Assembly: GCF_016433145.1 (NCBI RefSeq)
Contig: NC_058130.1
Location: 493,838,617-493,902,616 of the forward strand
DNA length: 64,000 nucleotides
Reading direction: 5' to 3'
DNA from: Gracilinanus agilis
Lineage: Eukaryota
Part shown: piece after piece, positions 1 to 13,392 of the stretch
Layout of the letters: the number at the start of each line of letters is the position of its first letter
How positions within the stretch are numbered: position 1 is the first letter of the stretch
The notes under the pieces: generated by a model
The model's database searches: none
The model's input: the letters and a program-made list of their open reading frames with translations, nothing else
Told to the model about the DNA's origin: nothing
Program-made: the position numbers and the translations under genes

Positions 1-847
1 AAAAAAAAATCCCTTCCACTGACCTTCTAAAATGCTTTAAATTCTTACCATTAGAATCACTGTTCTAAGTGATTAGGACATTATCTCCAGAGGAGTCTTT
101 CAAAAAGGCAATTATCTGCCTAGGAAGAATAATACATTAGTAATCATTGATGCATTATCATGGAATAGTTTATTAGACTGAAGAGCTGAACCTTTGAAAA
201 GCAGAGTTGAGATTAGCATAAATCCTCTTGGAGGGAAAGGCTGGGAGGATGGATACTCAGGGGGAACCTGTGGAAGCTCCCAGTTAGCCAGAGAAATGGC
301 AAGCCAGTTTTGGGTTTGGGGACCGGATGGCTGCTACAGAGAAGTCCAGGAAAATAAAGGATGGTAGGAGCAGCTTTGGGGACAGGACTAAAGGAAACAT
401 CAGCCCCCTCCCAGTTTTGTCCTGGGCTGGTCTAGAGGAAATTTTGATAGATGTTGTGACTGATTGCTTAATGAATGCCTGGGTTGGCATTTATAATTGT
501 TTCTTTATTTCATATTCAATTTATTCTTTATTCCATATTCAAATATTGTACCTTTATGCAACCTGACATATATAAGAGTGTCTGGCAATGGTCCTTTGCC
601 TTACACTATGGCTCTCTGCCCGGCAACACTACACATTAGTGGGAACCTGGAACTAGAGTGGCCAGGAAATGCACCTAGAAATCATTAACATGATGTATTC
701 TGGAACATTAGCTCAGAAAGACATTGAAGGAAGTGGGTTATCCACCCAGCAGTTGGGGCCAACTTTGATGACAAACATAAAGCACAACAAAACAGACCCA
801 AGAAAAAGAACATGTATTATCAATAATGGAACTTTTTAGTTCTACTT

Positions 848-1032
848 TTTTTTTCTTAACTCTTACTTTTTGTCTTAGTAACAACTCTAAGACAGAAAGG
901 CAAGGGCTAGGCAAAAGGTTAAGTGACTTGCCTAGGATCATGCAGGTAGGAAGTGTCTGAGGCCATATTTGAGCCCAGTTCCTCCTGACTCCAGACCTGG
1001 TTCTCTATCCACTGAACCACCTAGTTGCTCCT
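848..1032 (-). mobile_element. Mar1-type CORE SINE
   Basis: ctctaagacagaaagggcaagggctagg tail variant. Confidence 0.75.
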
Positions 1033-1854
1033 ATTTCTACTTTTTCTTTATGTTGACACGATTTTTTAATAATTGTTTCCTGATATTTTGTGATCTACGT
1101 TCTCTTTCCCTCCTCCTACCTCACTCCCTTCCCAAAGATGACAGATAATGATATGTATCATCATATAATGCATATTTCTATGTTCATCATGTTGTAAAAG
1201 AAGACACATATCATTTACACTAGAAAAAAAATCACGGAGAAAAAAACGTGAAAAATGGTATGCTTCAATCTACATTCAGATTCCATCAATTCTTCTATAA
1301 TGGTAGATAGCCTTCTTCATCACAAGTCCCTTGAGGTTGCCAGCTGATAATAGTTGTCATTCACAGTTGATCATTGTACTTTATTGCTGTTACTATGTAC
1401 AAAAATTTCCTGGTTCTGCTCACTTCACTTTGTGTCACTTCATATATGTCTTTCGGGGACTTTTTTGTGATTCTCTTGTTCATTGTTTTTTTATGGCACA
1501 AAATAGTATTCCATTACAATCATATACCACGACTTGTTTAGCCAATCCCTAATTGGTAGACAACCCTATTTCTACTTTTCACATTAACTTGTAGAACTGG
1601 GTATGATTCAACATTTATTAAACATCTTATGTGCAAGGCACAGTGCTAGGTTTCAGGATTGATACGGAGTGAAAACTAATATTGACCCTATCCTCAAAGA
1701 ATTTCCAACCTTAATGTAAGGATAAAAATGGAACACAAATAAGAATAGAAAAAGGAAGAGAGGAATCAGTGCAAAAGTTTCCCCAAAGGGCTAGAAGATC
1801 TTTGAAGAAAGGAAGGATGAGAGAAGACTTCCAGGAGGAGGTGGTATTTGAGAC

Positions 1855-2230
1855 TGGTTAGTGGTTGCCCTTCATACTCAAAGAGGACCAAAATGACATC
1901 ATTATGCTGGGGTCAATGTGCAGACTGTAGCTGATCAGACCAACATGGGCTTAAAAAGTCAGGCACAAATAGGCCATATGAACATTTGGAATGAAGATGT
2001 CTCTAAATTTATGTCTCTTATTTCTTTGGAACTACTGAAATTTTGCTTTGCTGATAGAGTGCCTCTGATGTGTCAGAGTCTCCCATGTCTCACAATCCAT
2101 TCTTAAGTTCTTCAGAGAGACCCTGAGAATGTCCTTGTGCTGCTTCTTTGGATCTTCATGTGACCATTTGCCTAGTTTAGTTCTCCATAAAATAATATTT
2201 TAGGCAAACATGTAGCTCAGCTCGAGAAGG
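1855..2230. mobile_element. RTE-related SINE or RTE fragment
   Basis: gttgcccttcatactcaaagaggaccaaaatgacatc head followed by RTE-like antisense sequence. Confidence 0.5.
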
Positions 2231-2489
2231 GATCTCAGTGTCCAATAATTATCTTGACAGGAAATCTTTAGAATCTTGGAATTTAAGGTAGCTCTTGAAG
2301 AAAGGTAGAGATTTCAATAGGTGGAAAAGAGACCAAAGGAAAAATAATTCCTGCCTCCAAGGAGCTTACATTCTACTGGAAAAAACAATATTGAAACAAA
2401 TAAGTAAATGAGAATTTGAGGAGGAAGAGAACACAAATACTTAAAGTGATCAAGAAAGGTTTCCCTTAGGAGGTAGGCACACCATCTAA

Positions 2490-2712
2490 GCCAGCACTGG
2501 TGAATCTTTTAGAGATCTTATATCCAAACTGCACCTTCAAGCTGCTTGTGAGCTCCCACCTCTTCCTTCCCCTCAATTACCCCAGAGAGTAAAGGGAGGA
2601 AGTGCTTGCCCTGGGCAGAGTCTGCAAAAAAATGTCCTCAGGCTTGGTCCAAGTGAGGGAATGGAGCCCTCTCCAGCACCCCAGGGCATGTGTGCCATGT
2701 CTTAACCAACAC
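2490..2712. mobile_element. Degenerate hAT-type MITE (same family as 50755-50978)
   Basis: Shares internal blocks with the 50.8-kb copy (aaaaaatgtcct, tgtgtgccatg...accaac). TIRs are decayed and no clean TSD is visible. Confidence 0.55.
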
Positions 2713-2820
2713 GGATTAAGCTATGAAAGAAGTTAGGGATTTTAGGAGGTGGAAATAAGGATGACATTATGAATAATTTATACGAGGAAATCAAGAATAA
2801 ATGAAGGCTAACATTTGCAT

Positions 2821-3058
2821 AGGGGCAGCTAAGTGGCACAGTGGATAGAGTCTGGACCTAGAGTCAGAAAGACCAGAGTTCAAATCTGACCTCAGATACT
2901 TATTCCATTTGTGACCTGGCAAGTCACCTGAGCCCTACCTGCAAAAAACTAGAGAAGGAAATGGCAATCCACTCCAGTATCTTTGCCCAAAAAAAACTCC
3001 ATGGATAGTTACTGGTCCACAAAGTCACAGAGTCAGACATGACTAAACAACAACAACA
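2821..3058 (+). mobile_element. Mar1-type CORE SINE with an RTE-like (caa)n tail
   Basis: gagaaggaaatggcaatccactccagtatctttgcc...catgactaaacaacaacaac. Confidence 0.8.
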
Positions 3059-3243
3059 TAATATGTTTACTATGGGTCAGAAACTATGCTCAGTACTTTA
3101 CAATAATCATCTCATTTGGTTCTTACAAAAACCCTAAAAGATTGGTGCTATTTTTATCCCCATCTTACATATAAAGAAACACAGGCAAATAGGTTGTCAT
3201 TCGACCAGTCACACCATTAGTGTCTGAGATGAGATTTGAACCA

Positions 3244-3425
3244 GATTGAGAGCCAGGACTAGAGATGGGAGTTTCTGGGTTCAAATCTGGTCTCAAATAG
3301 CTTCCTAACTGTATGACCCTGGACAAGTTATTTACCCCCTGTTGCCTAGCCCTTACCACTCTTCTGCCTTGGAACCAATACTTAGTATTGATTCTAAGAC
3401 AGAAGGTGAGAGTTTAAAAAAAAGA
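3244..3425 (+). mobile_element. SINE1_Mdo-type SINE
   Basis: gattgagagccagg...cccttaccactcttctgccttggaaccaata...gacagaaggt, with an A tail. Confidence 0.85.
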
Positions 3426-3439
3426 AAGAAACAATGATG

Positions 3440-4050
3440 GAGAGCCAAGATGGTGGAGTAGCAAGAGATAGTGAAGCAAGGAGTTCTTTTCCCCTTCCCT
3501 CCCAAACAAATCAAAACAAAAAATCTCCTCCAGACAGACCTAGAAAACTCATTGGATTGAATCTTGATGGGGAAATCCAAGAAAAAGTTGCAATGTCATT
3601 TTTTCCAGCTTTGGTTGGCATAGGGAGAGAGACATAGAGATCTGAGACACTGAGGACAGAGGCTGGTGCAGAGCCCACAGTAGAGTCCAGGGAAAGGCTA
3701 TGAACCAGGATGAGCTCCTAGACCCATAGGACACAATGTTGGGATCAGATACAAACTGGCAGTTCTAGATTGTAGATCCAGGGCACACTGATGAGTGGAC
3801 ATTTACGCTCCCCCAGCAGTGGTGGGCTTCAGACCATAGAAGCAGAACAAGGTCTCATTTCCAGTTTCTAGTCACTCAGTAGAGGAATAAGCAGGGCAAG
3901 AATCTCTGATGAAAGTGGAGACTCATTCTTCCATCACTGAACCATTGAACCATCAGAACTTCCAAGACTGAGTCCAAACTCAGGTTAGGAAATTTCAGAG
4001 CTCAGGCCAGTGGGGCAGCAATCATATTTTGCCACTTCGGACTGATGGAA
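3440..4050 (+). mobile_element. Old L1/HAL1 5' UTR remnant
   Basis: Begins gagccaagatggtggag, a CpG-decayed form of the typical L1 5' start gagccaagatggcggag. Confidence 0.5.
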
Positions 4051-4099
4051 AGCTTGCTTGTCCTCGGCCTTATCTTTCCTTGGAAAAACTACAAATTCA

Positions 4100-4140
4100 G
4101 CTTACCTAGATTATAGTAAAGCATTTGACAAGGTCTTATG
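4100..4140 (+). mobile_element. Short L3/CR1 RT remnant
   Basis: YLDYSKAFDKV at 4103-4135. Confidence 0.7.
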
Positions 4141-4999
4141 TTCTGGGTGGAGGGGAAAGAAAGAAGAAAAGAGTATGTGCCCGGTGCCTGGCACAAAGAT
4201 GTCCAAGAACAGCCCATTCAGTCAGCTCTACTGCTGAAACCCCCCAGCCTGTGATAGTCTGTTGCTAAGGTATGTAAAGCAGCATTATAATGAAATCCTT
4301 CCAAGAACTAAATTGGACTGGGGAACAGAAAAAAGTAACTTATCTAAAACCAAATTGCAAAATAGAATATATTATGTAATGGTGGCAGTCTCCAACACGT
4401 GTTCTTTTGGAATATACTGATTCTTAGGAGATTATAGGGATTATAGGATCCCTAGGGAGATCATATCTTACTTGGGCTTGGGGGACAAAGTCTATGCTTA
4501 CTTCCTAGAGACCTGAGTTGTGTTTCTATCCTTCTACTTCCAAGGCCCAAATCTCAAAAGTTTCCACAAAGAAAACTCCAGAATTCATTTCAAAATATAA
4601 TATGCCAAAAAATAATATAAATAATATAACATGCTGCATGTTCATCTTGGATAAAATGGCATAACATGTGTAAAGTGCTTTGCCAACCTTCAAGTGATAT
4701 ATATAAATACATATATATGCACACATATGCTAACTACTATTATTATCTTTTAAATTTTTTCTTTATTTATACTGTAAAAAATTAATTCCCAGGCACCTCC
4801 CTCTTTCCTCTATGCACCATACAAGGCATCAATTGATTTAAAAAAAGTACATAAATTATGTCTTTCATGTTTCTATTTATCAGTTCTTTCTTTGGAGGTA
4901 GACATTCCCAAGTTATTCTTCACATGTTAATTCTGTAGCTGTATCTGAATTTCTCTTGCTTCTACTCATTTCACTCTTCTTATCTTTATCTTATTTTAT

Positions 5000-5202
5000 T
5001 TTATTTTTTCAAACCCTTACCTTCCTTCTTAGAATCAGTACTGTTTATTGGTTCCAAGGCAAAAGAGCGGTAAGGGCTAGGCAATGGGGGTTAAGTAATT
5101 TGACCAGGATCACACAAAAAGGAAGTATCTGAGGTCAGATTTAAACTAGGACCTCCCATCTCTAGACCTGGCTCTCAGTCCACTGAGCAACCCAGCTGCC
5201 CC
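5000..5202 (-). mobile_element. SINE1_Mdo-type SINE
   Basis: Reverse complement of the same consensus. Confidence 0.85.
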
Positions 5203-5379
5203 CATTCTTTTTCTTATCTTTAAATGACAAATGAATTGTTTTCAGCACTTGAGTTTTGGACCCAACTCTATGCAATTGTAGAACCTCAGAAATTAAGAGA
5301 ATCTCAGAAGTCATCCAGAATAATCCTCTGCTCAAATCATGAATCCCTGACAAGCTCTTATTTTTTCAAATCATGAGAT

Positions 5380-5900
5380 AGTCCATTTCTCTTAGAGAAC
5401 ACAGGATTATGCAATTTCCCCCTGTATTCAGGTGAAATCTTTGCAGTTTAATCTCATCTGTCCTCATTCTGCCCTCCAGGGCCAAGCTAAACAAAGCAAA
5501 TCTTTCTACATGACATCAGCCTCCAATGTTTGAGGACAGAGGTCCTGGCCCCCTAAAATCTCCTCTTATCCAGGTTAATTATCTTCAGTTTTGTCAGGCA
5601 ATCATCTCCAGATCTCTTGTCATTCTGGCCACACACATTTCTGAACCTGATGCTCAGGTGGCTAGATCTTGTTATGGTATTAATTGTACCACTGCATTAT
5701 CCCCTTTTTCCCCAATCTGGAGGATCATTACTTCATCTTAAGTCATTACATTTCTTGGAGAAGGTGCCCATGCTTGACATCTCCCTCTTTCCCCTCAAAA
5801 TTCAGTTGTTTGGGACTCCTTTCCCATGTGTCCTTGCCCACACCTTGCTGTCAATTTTGGAAAAGACCTGATAAACTAATCCACACTAATGTGTAAATGA
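5380..5900 (-). mobile_element. L3/CR1 3' region
   Basis: Typical CR1 antisense text (gccctccagggccaagctaaac, cttatccaggttaa). Confidence 0.6.
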
Positions 5901-6404
5901 TTGTAAATGGCTTGAAATGCTCCCCTTTCCAAGGATATTCTAAGTTTTGACAGGATACAGGACCTTAAGCTGGAGGAATGAAGGATTTCCTTCCTCTAAA
6001 GATCCATGATTGCCATCCATGGGAGTGCTCCCACCAAACATTAATGGTGGGTCTTCATGAAATTCTGGAGTCAAAACAACTCACCCTCTTGTGACCTACT
6101 TTCTTGCCATGAGCCTCTCCAAGCGTAAAGCCCTGGAGTCACTAGAGCTAGAAGGACTTCAGAAATCATAGGATCCAATCAGAATTTTTTACAGGCTCTC
6201 TTTAGGAAGATCACATAGCTAATAAGTAACAGAACCAGGCCTGGAGCCCAGGTCTTCTACCAATAAGTCCAAGGTTCTTTTCACTACACTGTTCTGCTGA
6301 GTTTGTCCTCAGATTACAATTGATGGCCAAAACCAAAATTTGGAGCATATTGGTAGAAAGCAGATAGGGGAGATATGTTATGGCAATTTAATTAAAAAAC
6401 ACTT

Positions 6405-6590
6405 TAAAAAAATCTTATTATCTTTCATCTTAGAATCAATACTAAATATTGGTTCCAAGGCAGCAGATTGGTAAGGGCTAGATGATGGTGGTTAAGTGAC
6501 CTGCCCAAGGTCATATAGACAGATTTCAATCTAGGACTTCCTCTCTCTAGGCTTGGCTCTCAATCCACTAAACTATCTAGCTGCGCCCCC
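6405..6590 (-). mobile_element. SINE1_Mdo-type SINE
   Basis: Reverse complement of the same consensus. Confidence 0.8.
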
Positions 6591-7587
6591 AAAAAACATT
6601 TATTGTTTATTGTAGCTAAGGTGTTGTACTAAATGAATAAGATGTGGCCTCTAACTTTTTGTGAAGCTCTTTACAATCCATTTAACATATATGTAGAAAC
6701 ATGTATTATTCATATTTTCATATCTATATGCCTTATTTCCCAGCCTATATTGTATACTCCTTAAGGGGAGGCCTCCTGGGTACCCCCCAAATCACACTAG
6801 AAACAATCATAGATTTTGAGCTGAAAAAGACCCTAGGAGTCACTGAGTCCAGCCCTTTCATTTTAAAGATAAAAAAGTCTGTTCAAGGTTAGTTAGTGTG
6901 TAAGGAAGACCTTGAACCTGTCCAATCCGGTGCCATTGCTCCTACACCTAAGGCTAGTTTTTCAGTGTGTGTAAGACAAAGCTTTTTTCCTGTTTAAAAA
7001 AAAGACTATAGTCCTTAACACCCCACATTCCCACCCAACCTCTATAGGAGTGACCTTTATTATAATAAAGAATTATACTTGAGCAAAATAAATCAACATA
7101 TAGGTCATGTCTAACAAAAGAACATTCATTCCACATCTATGGTCCACTACTCCTCCATTGAAAGGCAAGAAGTACATTTCTTTGTTAGTCCTCTGACGCC
7201 ACAACTGGTCATTGTAACATTTTTTCCATATTGTTTTCTTGTATAGTATTACTGTGGTCATTGTGTAAATTATTCTTGTTTTTCCTTCCTTGACTCTCTT
7301 ATTTGGACGAGTTTTTCCAAATTTCTCTGAATTCTTCAATTCAACATTTTATTCTTCCATTACTGATCTGTATCATAATTTATCCAACTATTCTTTAGTC
7401 AGTGTATTTTTACCTTTCTTTTAGTTATTGGTTGCTACAAAACTTTTTTTCTGGAGTTCAGGTTAGTCATGTTCAGAGCAGTGATGCTTACTAGGAAGTT
7501 GCTTTACACTGGCCATTATTTCAGTAGAGTTATGGTAGGATGGGCTCCCCAGGTCCCCCAAGAGAAATCATGTATAAGTTGTAAAAA

Positions 7588-8086
7588 TGTGTAAAATATA
7601 ATAATATCATATCAATATGTGAGAATTAAAATTAATATCCAAAATACTTCAAGTATTATATTTATAAAGATTTTATTAACAAAAAGGCTAGAGTAAGAGG
7701 GGTGCTAACCCAGCTGTGTTCACAAGAAAAGAGAGAGAGAGAGAGAGGGAGGAGTTACAGAACTATATAAACAATAATGTAAAGATGCATGTAAACAAAA
7801 AAGGAAAAGGAATTTGAGGATGAGGAAAGAATTCTGGAAGATAGAGTCCAAGGGTTCAAGATTTTCTAACCAATACAAATACTTATATAAGTTGGTAAAA
7901 TATGAATATTTATATAATATTTTATGTAGCATATTATTCACATAAATATATCACTCATACATATATAAATATATATTTTCTATATAACATGTAATATTTT
8001 ATATTATATAAATATCAAATAATATGTACATAATAAGGTATAATTTATAATAACATAAAATAAAACATTTAAGATTTGGCCTTACA
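7588..8086 (-). mobile_element. Probable solo LTR
   Basis: Reverse strand reads TGTAAGGCC...ATTTTACA, with AATAAA at 7672-7677 on the minus strand and an internal (TC)n tract. No TSD resolved. Confidence 0.45.
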
Positions 8087-9256
8087 GACCTGAAATATAG
8101 ACGCTAGGGACCAATCCTAAAGTGGTTGGGGATAGTTTAAGTGGGAGATCCTAAAAGCTCAGCTCAAAACCAAATGGTTAGTCAGAAAAGCAATTTAAGA
8201 TTGTTTTGTTCTTTCTTCAGCTAATATTTGATTAGAATATCCTTGTAAGCTGACTCAAGAAATAATTCTGGTGAACCTGCTGTCACAGTATCCTTTGTGG
8301 CCAGGACGAATTCAAACTTCTCCCACTTCTTCTATACCTAACTTCATCCGTTAAATTTTTTTTTAGTTTTGAAGGACAATTTAGATAGGTTTCACCTTCT
8401 CCATAAAACCTTCCCTGAATGCTCCACTTGGAAGTGGACTCTCCATCAATAGCTTCCAAGCAGAGTAAGAGTCAATGGAGTCCTGGGATCACAGAGTTTC
8501 AAGAACCTTTCTCTAAGGGAAATCATTATGCCTAATTCATTAAATATTTTTAAAAATCCATTTGTTTAGTACCTTTTGTTTTTATATCACAGTCATTTTT
8601 GGATAGTTCCCCAATCCTACTGTTACCCAACTCAAGCTGTAGAATTTAGTGCTACCTCATAATGAAGGAAAATGGTTAATTTAAAACAACTGCCATGGTG
8701 ACTATTGCCAAGGTATGTAACATTTTTTTCTGAATGGTACATTTGTTGAAAGAAGGACTAGCATTGTCTGTTCTCTGGGATCATTATTCATTCTTCAAAG
8801 TTCCACTTCCTTTTATTGATCTTTTTGTTGACATTGTTGAAGAATTTTCCTGGCCTATTATCAGTTTATGCAGATCTTCCTATCCTTCTCCAAATTCCTC
8901 ATTATCTTTTCTTACTGAAAATTTATAGCAGGATTTGTAAAGCAAAATGGAGCTTTGGAACTCACAAAATTAGGGACTCTAAGGCTACTGCCCCATTTTG
9001 CTCTCATGTAAAGATATTAAGCCTATCTTATATGGTATCCTACCCTATTCAATAATCTTTTAACACAGGGTAGAAACTTGTATTGTTCATGTTTTCACAT
9101 CTAGATGCCTTATTTCCCTCCTTGTTGTGTGATCCTTAAGGGTGGAAGAGAGGCATCTTCTGGAGAACTCCATATCACACTAGGAAAGATCATAGGACCA
9201 TAGATTCAGAGCTAATAAAGACCCTAGAAGCCACTGAGCCCAGCCATCTCATTTTA

Positions 9257-9830
9257 TTTTTTATTTTCTTAAATTTTATTTAATTGATTAAGAGAATTTT
9301 TCCATGGTTACATGATTTATGGTTCTTTCTCTTCACTCCTCCCATCCCTCTCTCATAGCCAACGTGCAATTCCACTGGGTTTTACATGTGTCATTGATCA
9401 AGACCTATTTCCATATTATTGATAGTTGCACTAGGGTGATCATTTAAAGTCTACATCCCTGAACATATCCCCATCCACTCATGTGATCAAGCAAATGTTT
9501 TTCTTCTGTGTTTCTGCTCCCACAGTTCTTTCTCTGGATGTGGATAGTGTTCTTTCTCATAAGTCCCTCAGAATTGTCCTGGATCATTGCATTGTTGCTA
9601 GTACAAAAGTCCATTACATTTGATTATACCACAGTGTATCTGTCTCTGTGTATAAGGTTCTCCTGGTTCTGCTCCTTTTACTCTTTCCAGTTCACTTGGA
9701 ATTCCTTCAGTTCATTATTCCTTTTAGCACAATAGTATTCCATCACCAACAGATACCCAATTTGTTTAGCCATTCCCTAATCAAAGGGCATCCCCTTATT
9801 TTCCAATTTTTTGCCACCACAAAGAGCGCT
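9257..9830 (-). mobile_element. 5'-truncated L1
   Basis: Starts at the ALFVVAKNW codons of ORF2. 15-bp TSD AGCCATCTCATTTTA at 9242-9256 and 9831-9845. Confidence 0.92.
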
Positions 9831-10337
9831 AGCCATCTCATTTTAAAGATAAGAAAGATGGTCCAGGATCAAACAGCTAATGTATGAGACAGGACTTGAA
9901 CCTGAAGTTCTAAATTCAGTGCCACACCCATTGCTCCCACCCATAAGGGATAAGGATAGCCCTTCAATTGGTGTAAAACAAAGCTTTTTTCCTATTAAAA
10001 AAAAAAAAGGTCATTGTTGTTCTTAAAAAAAATTACAGTGATACAACATTTATTAAATACTTATGTGTACAAAACACAATGCATCAGAAGAGAACAAAAG
10101 GAAATCCTGAAATACAAATAAGCAGGACAGCTTTGAAAGTTATTTGTTATAAATTCTATTTAGAAAAAAAGAAAGTTATTTGTTGAAGTTATATTGGACT
10201 TACATGGAAAAAGCAAGAGAAAGATTCAAGATTTCATACTCATTCTTCTATGTTCTCTTTTATAAATAGAAATGTTCATTTTATTTGTTGTTTGTTAAGT
10301 TCTGACTTCTTTTATTTAAAAGAAGAAAAAAAAAACA

Positions 10338-11385
10338 GGCATTCTGGGTAGCTCAGTGGATTGAGAACCGGGCCTAGAGATGGGAGGTCCTAGGTTCAAA
10401 TCTGGCCTCAGACACTTCCTAGTTGGGTGACCCTGAGCAAGTCACTTATTTTTTGCCTACCCCTTACCAATCTTCTGCCTTGAAACCAATACATAGTATT
10501 GTTTCAAAGATGGAAGGTAAGATTGGCTAAAATGATAGTAGGAGAGAGTAATGAATGTTGGAGGGGATGTGGCCAAATTGGGACATTAATGCATTGCTGG
10601 TGGAGTTGTGAAATGATCCAACCATTCTGGCTGGCAATTTGGAACTATGCTCAAAGGGCTATAAAAGAATGCCTGCCCTTTGATCCAGCCATACCATTGT
10701 TGGATTTGTACCCCAAAGAGATCATAGATAAACAGACTTGTATGAAACTATTTATAGCCATGCTTTTTGTGGTGGCAAAAAACTGGAAAACAAGGGTATG
10801 CCTGTCATTTGGGGAATGGCTGAACAAATTATGGTACATGCTGGTGATGGAATACTACTGTGCTCAAAGGAATAATAATCTGGAGGAATTCCATGTGAAC
10901 TGGAAAGACCTTCAGGAATTGATGCAGAGTGAAAGGAGCAGAGTCAGAAGAACATTGTACATAGAGACTGATACACTGTGGTAAAATCGAATGTAATGGT
11001 CCTCTGTACCAGCAGTAATACAATGACCCAGGACAATTCTGAGGGATTTATGGTAAAGATGCTACCCACATTCAGAGGAAGAACAGCAGGAGTGGAAACA
11101 CAGAAGAAAAGCAACTGCTTGAACATATGGGTTGAGGCAGACATGATTGGGGGTGTAGACTGGAAACTACCACACCAATGCAACTATCAACAATTTGGAA
11201 ATAGGTCTTGATTAATCACACATGTTAAAACCAGTGGAAATGCGCATCGGCTATGGGGGGGGTGGGGAAGGAGGCGGGGGTGGGGTGGGTGAAAGGGAAA
11301 GTAAGAACATGAATCATATAACTATGATAACTTTTCTAAAAAATAAAAATTATTAAAAAAAAGATGGAAGGTAAGGGTTAAAAAG
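10338..11385 (+). mobile_element. SINE1_Mdo-type SINE (10338-10521 and 11376-11385) split by an L1
   Basis: The SINE body continues gggttaaaaa after the L1 TSD. Confidence 0.9.
10522..11359 (+). mobile_element. 5'-truncated L1 (ORF2 C-terminus plus 3' UTR) nested in a SINE1
   Basis: ORF 10499-10984 encodes the L1 ORF2 Cys-rich tail (CWRGCGQIGTLMHCWW...MEYYCAQRN). G-rich 3' UTR tract at ~11250-11290. 16-bp TSD AAAGATGGAAGGTAAG at 10506-10521 and 11360-11375. Confidence 0.95.
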
Positions 11386-12279
11386 AAAAGGAAAAAAAAG
11401 AAAAAACAGTACTTGGATTTCAGTTAAATATAAAGATAAAGAAATTCCTTGTTTTCAAGGAGTTTCTAGTCTTGGAAGAGGTAAAAAGCATAAATAAGTA
11501 ATTAACAACTCAAGAACTGTGATAAATTGCAAATGATTGGTAGAGACCACAAGTGCTATGAGAATTGGGAGAAATCGTTTCCAGCTGGGATTAGGGAAAG
11601 TTTCCTAAAAGAGGGGATATTTGGGCTGAGCTATCTGTCCCCAAAAAGGTATAAAAATAATCATTCTTTTTTTGGGGCCATTCCTCTTTGAAAGTTTCCT
11701 CTATTTGTCTAGTGAAGTTTCAACTTTTCCTACATCAGATCAAAGTCCAACAACACTGGAAGGCAGTGTGCTATAGTAGAAGAGCAGTAACCTAGGAGGA
11801 CAAAGATTTAACTGTGTTGTCATTGTGGCTTTTCTATTAATTAGTTGTGTGGCCTTGACTCATTCACTCCACTTTTCTGGGTCTTAGTTTCCTGATCATC
11901 AGGAAAAGGCTCTTTTTTACTCTGGCATTCTGTAGTTCTGTGATTCTATAGAACAAACTACTCTTGGACGTAACAGCAACAGTAGTTATAATAAAATGGC
12001 AATAATAATAATAATAATAAGCATTTTGCAGCACTTTAAGGTTTTCAAAGCATCCTATATATGTTATATCATTTGAGAATGTATGTAAATTGTAGTGTAT
12101 TTTCCATCACTGTTGTCCTCAGGCAAAGGGTTTGCTCCAATGTGGATTGGACAAAGTACCTTCTGAAAACTGGTGGATATAATTACTTCACTGGTATTGG
12201 TGATCGTTAAACAAAAAAACAAAACAAAACATGGAAAATAGAAGAGGTGCTATTGGACTAGAAAAGAGCAAAATGTCTC

Positions 12280-13015
12280 AATTTTAAAAATATATGTGTC
12301 GGTCAATTACTTTTACCAAGGTTGTTGGCAAAATTCTAAGATTACATTATTTAGGGAATGATTTGTGAGCCTTTGAAAGAGAAGCTGTGATCACTAAAGG
12401 GCTAGCATAGCTTTATCAAGAAGATTCTGTGCCAGAAGCAACAGGGTAACAAGGTTTATAGTTTAGGGGGTGTTCTGTTGTATATATAGTTTGCTTAGAT
12501 TTTCAGCACAGCACTTTGATATTTAGTAGTCTTTCATATCATATGAACAAGATGAAGAGATGTAATGTAGATAATAATACACAGGTAGAATCGAGCCTAA
12601 TTGAATGAGCTTAACCAAAGAATATGGAGTCAAAGAAATTATTCAAATCCTGGGTCTACAATTTGTTAGTAATGTGACCTTTGACAAATATATTAATCTC
12701 TCTAGGGCTTCCTTATTGTAAAATGAAGGAGTTGGACCAGATGGCCTTCCAAGGTTCCCTCTAGTTATAAGTCTGTGATTTTGTGATCCTATAATCATGA
12801 TTAATAGACTGATATTATATCAAATAATAGATTGGGAAGGAGGTGTCTCATAGAGTGGTCCATGGAACTATACTTGGTCCCGTACTATTCAACATTTTTA
12901 TCAGTAAATTGGATGGAGGTGTAAGGATAGTAAATTTATAAAGTTGGGAGATGACAAAAAGCTCAAGGGGCAAATAGATGACAGAGTTAAGATTTTAAAA
13001 AATCTTTTGATTGTG
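12280..13015 (+). mobile_element. L3/CR1 RT fragment, interrupted by a MIR
   Basis: GTILGPVLFNIFISKLD at ~12864-12915 and a DDKKL remnant at ~12950. Confidence 0.8.
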
Positions 13016-13196
13016 TAATCAAAAGACAGTATTTCTTAATTTTTAAATTAGGTTATTAATTGGCTGCTCAAGAAAATCTAAACTAGGTAGACTCCCTACC
13101 TAATCTGAACAGTCACCAAGGAATTCAAGCATGGTAAAAGAAATGGAAACCAAATGAGAGCAGCTAAGCAAGAGAATGAGTTCCTATGGTGTAGCC

Positions 13197-13392
13197 CAGT
13201 GATGGGCAAACTATTCCCTGTGGGCCAGATCCAGGCTGTAGTTTGCCCATCACTGCCTTAAGCAATTCTCTAATCACTACCTCAGGATGTGGGGGCATAA
13301 GATCCCTAATCTGGATTAAGGAATTGCTCAAGGCAGTGATGGGCAAACTACAGCCTGGATCTGGCCCACAGGGAATAGTTTGCCCATCACTG
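13197..13392. mobile_element. Palindromic composite hAT MITE with four TIRs
   Basis: 8-bp TSD GTGTAGCC at 13189-13196 and 13393-13400. 17-bp TIR CAGTGATGGGCAAACTA. Arms 13197-13255 and 13334-13392 are exact reverse complements. Confidence 0.93.

Noticed and set aside
10499-10984. 161-aa ORF with a Cys/His motif, and similar ORFs at 22828-23172, 28061-28594 and 48896-49081
   Set aside because: These are L1 ORF2 C-terminal fragments bounded by TSDs, not host genes.
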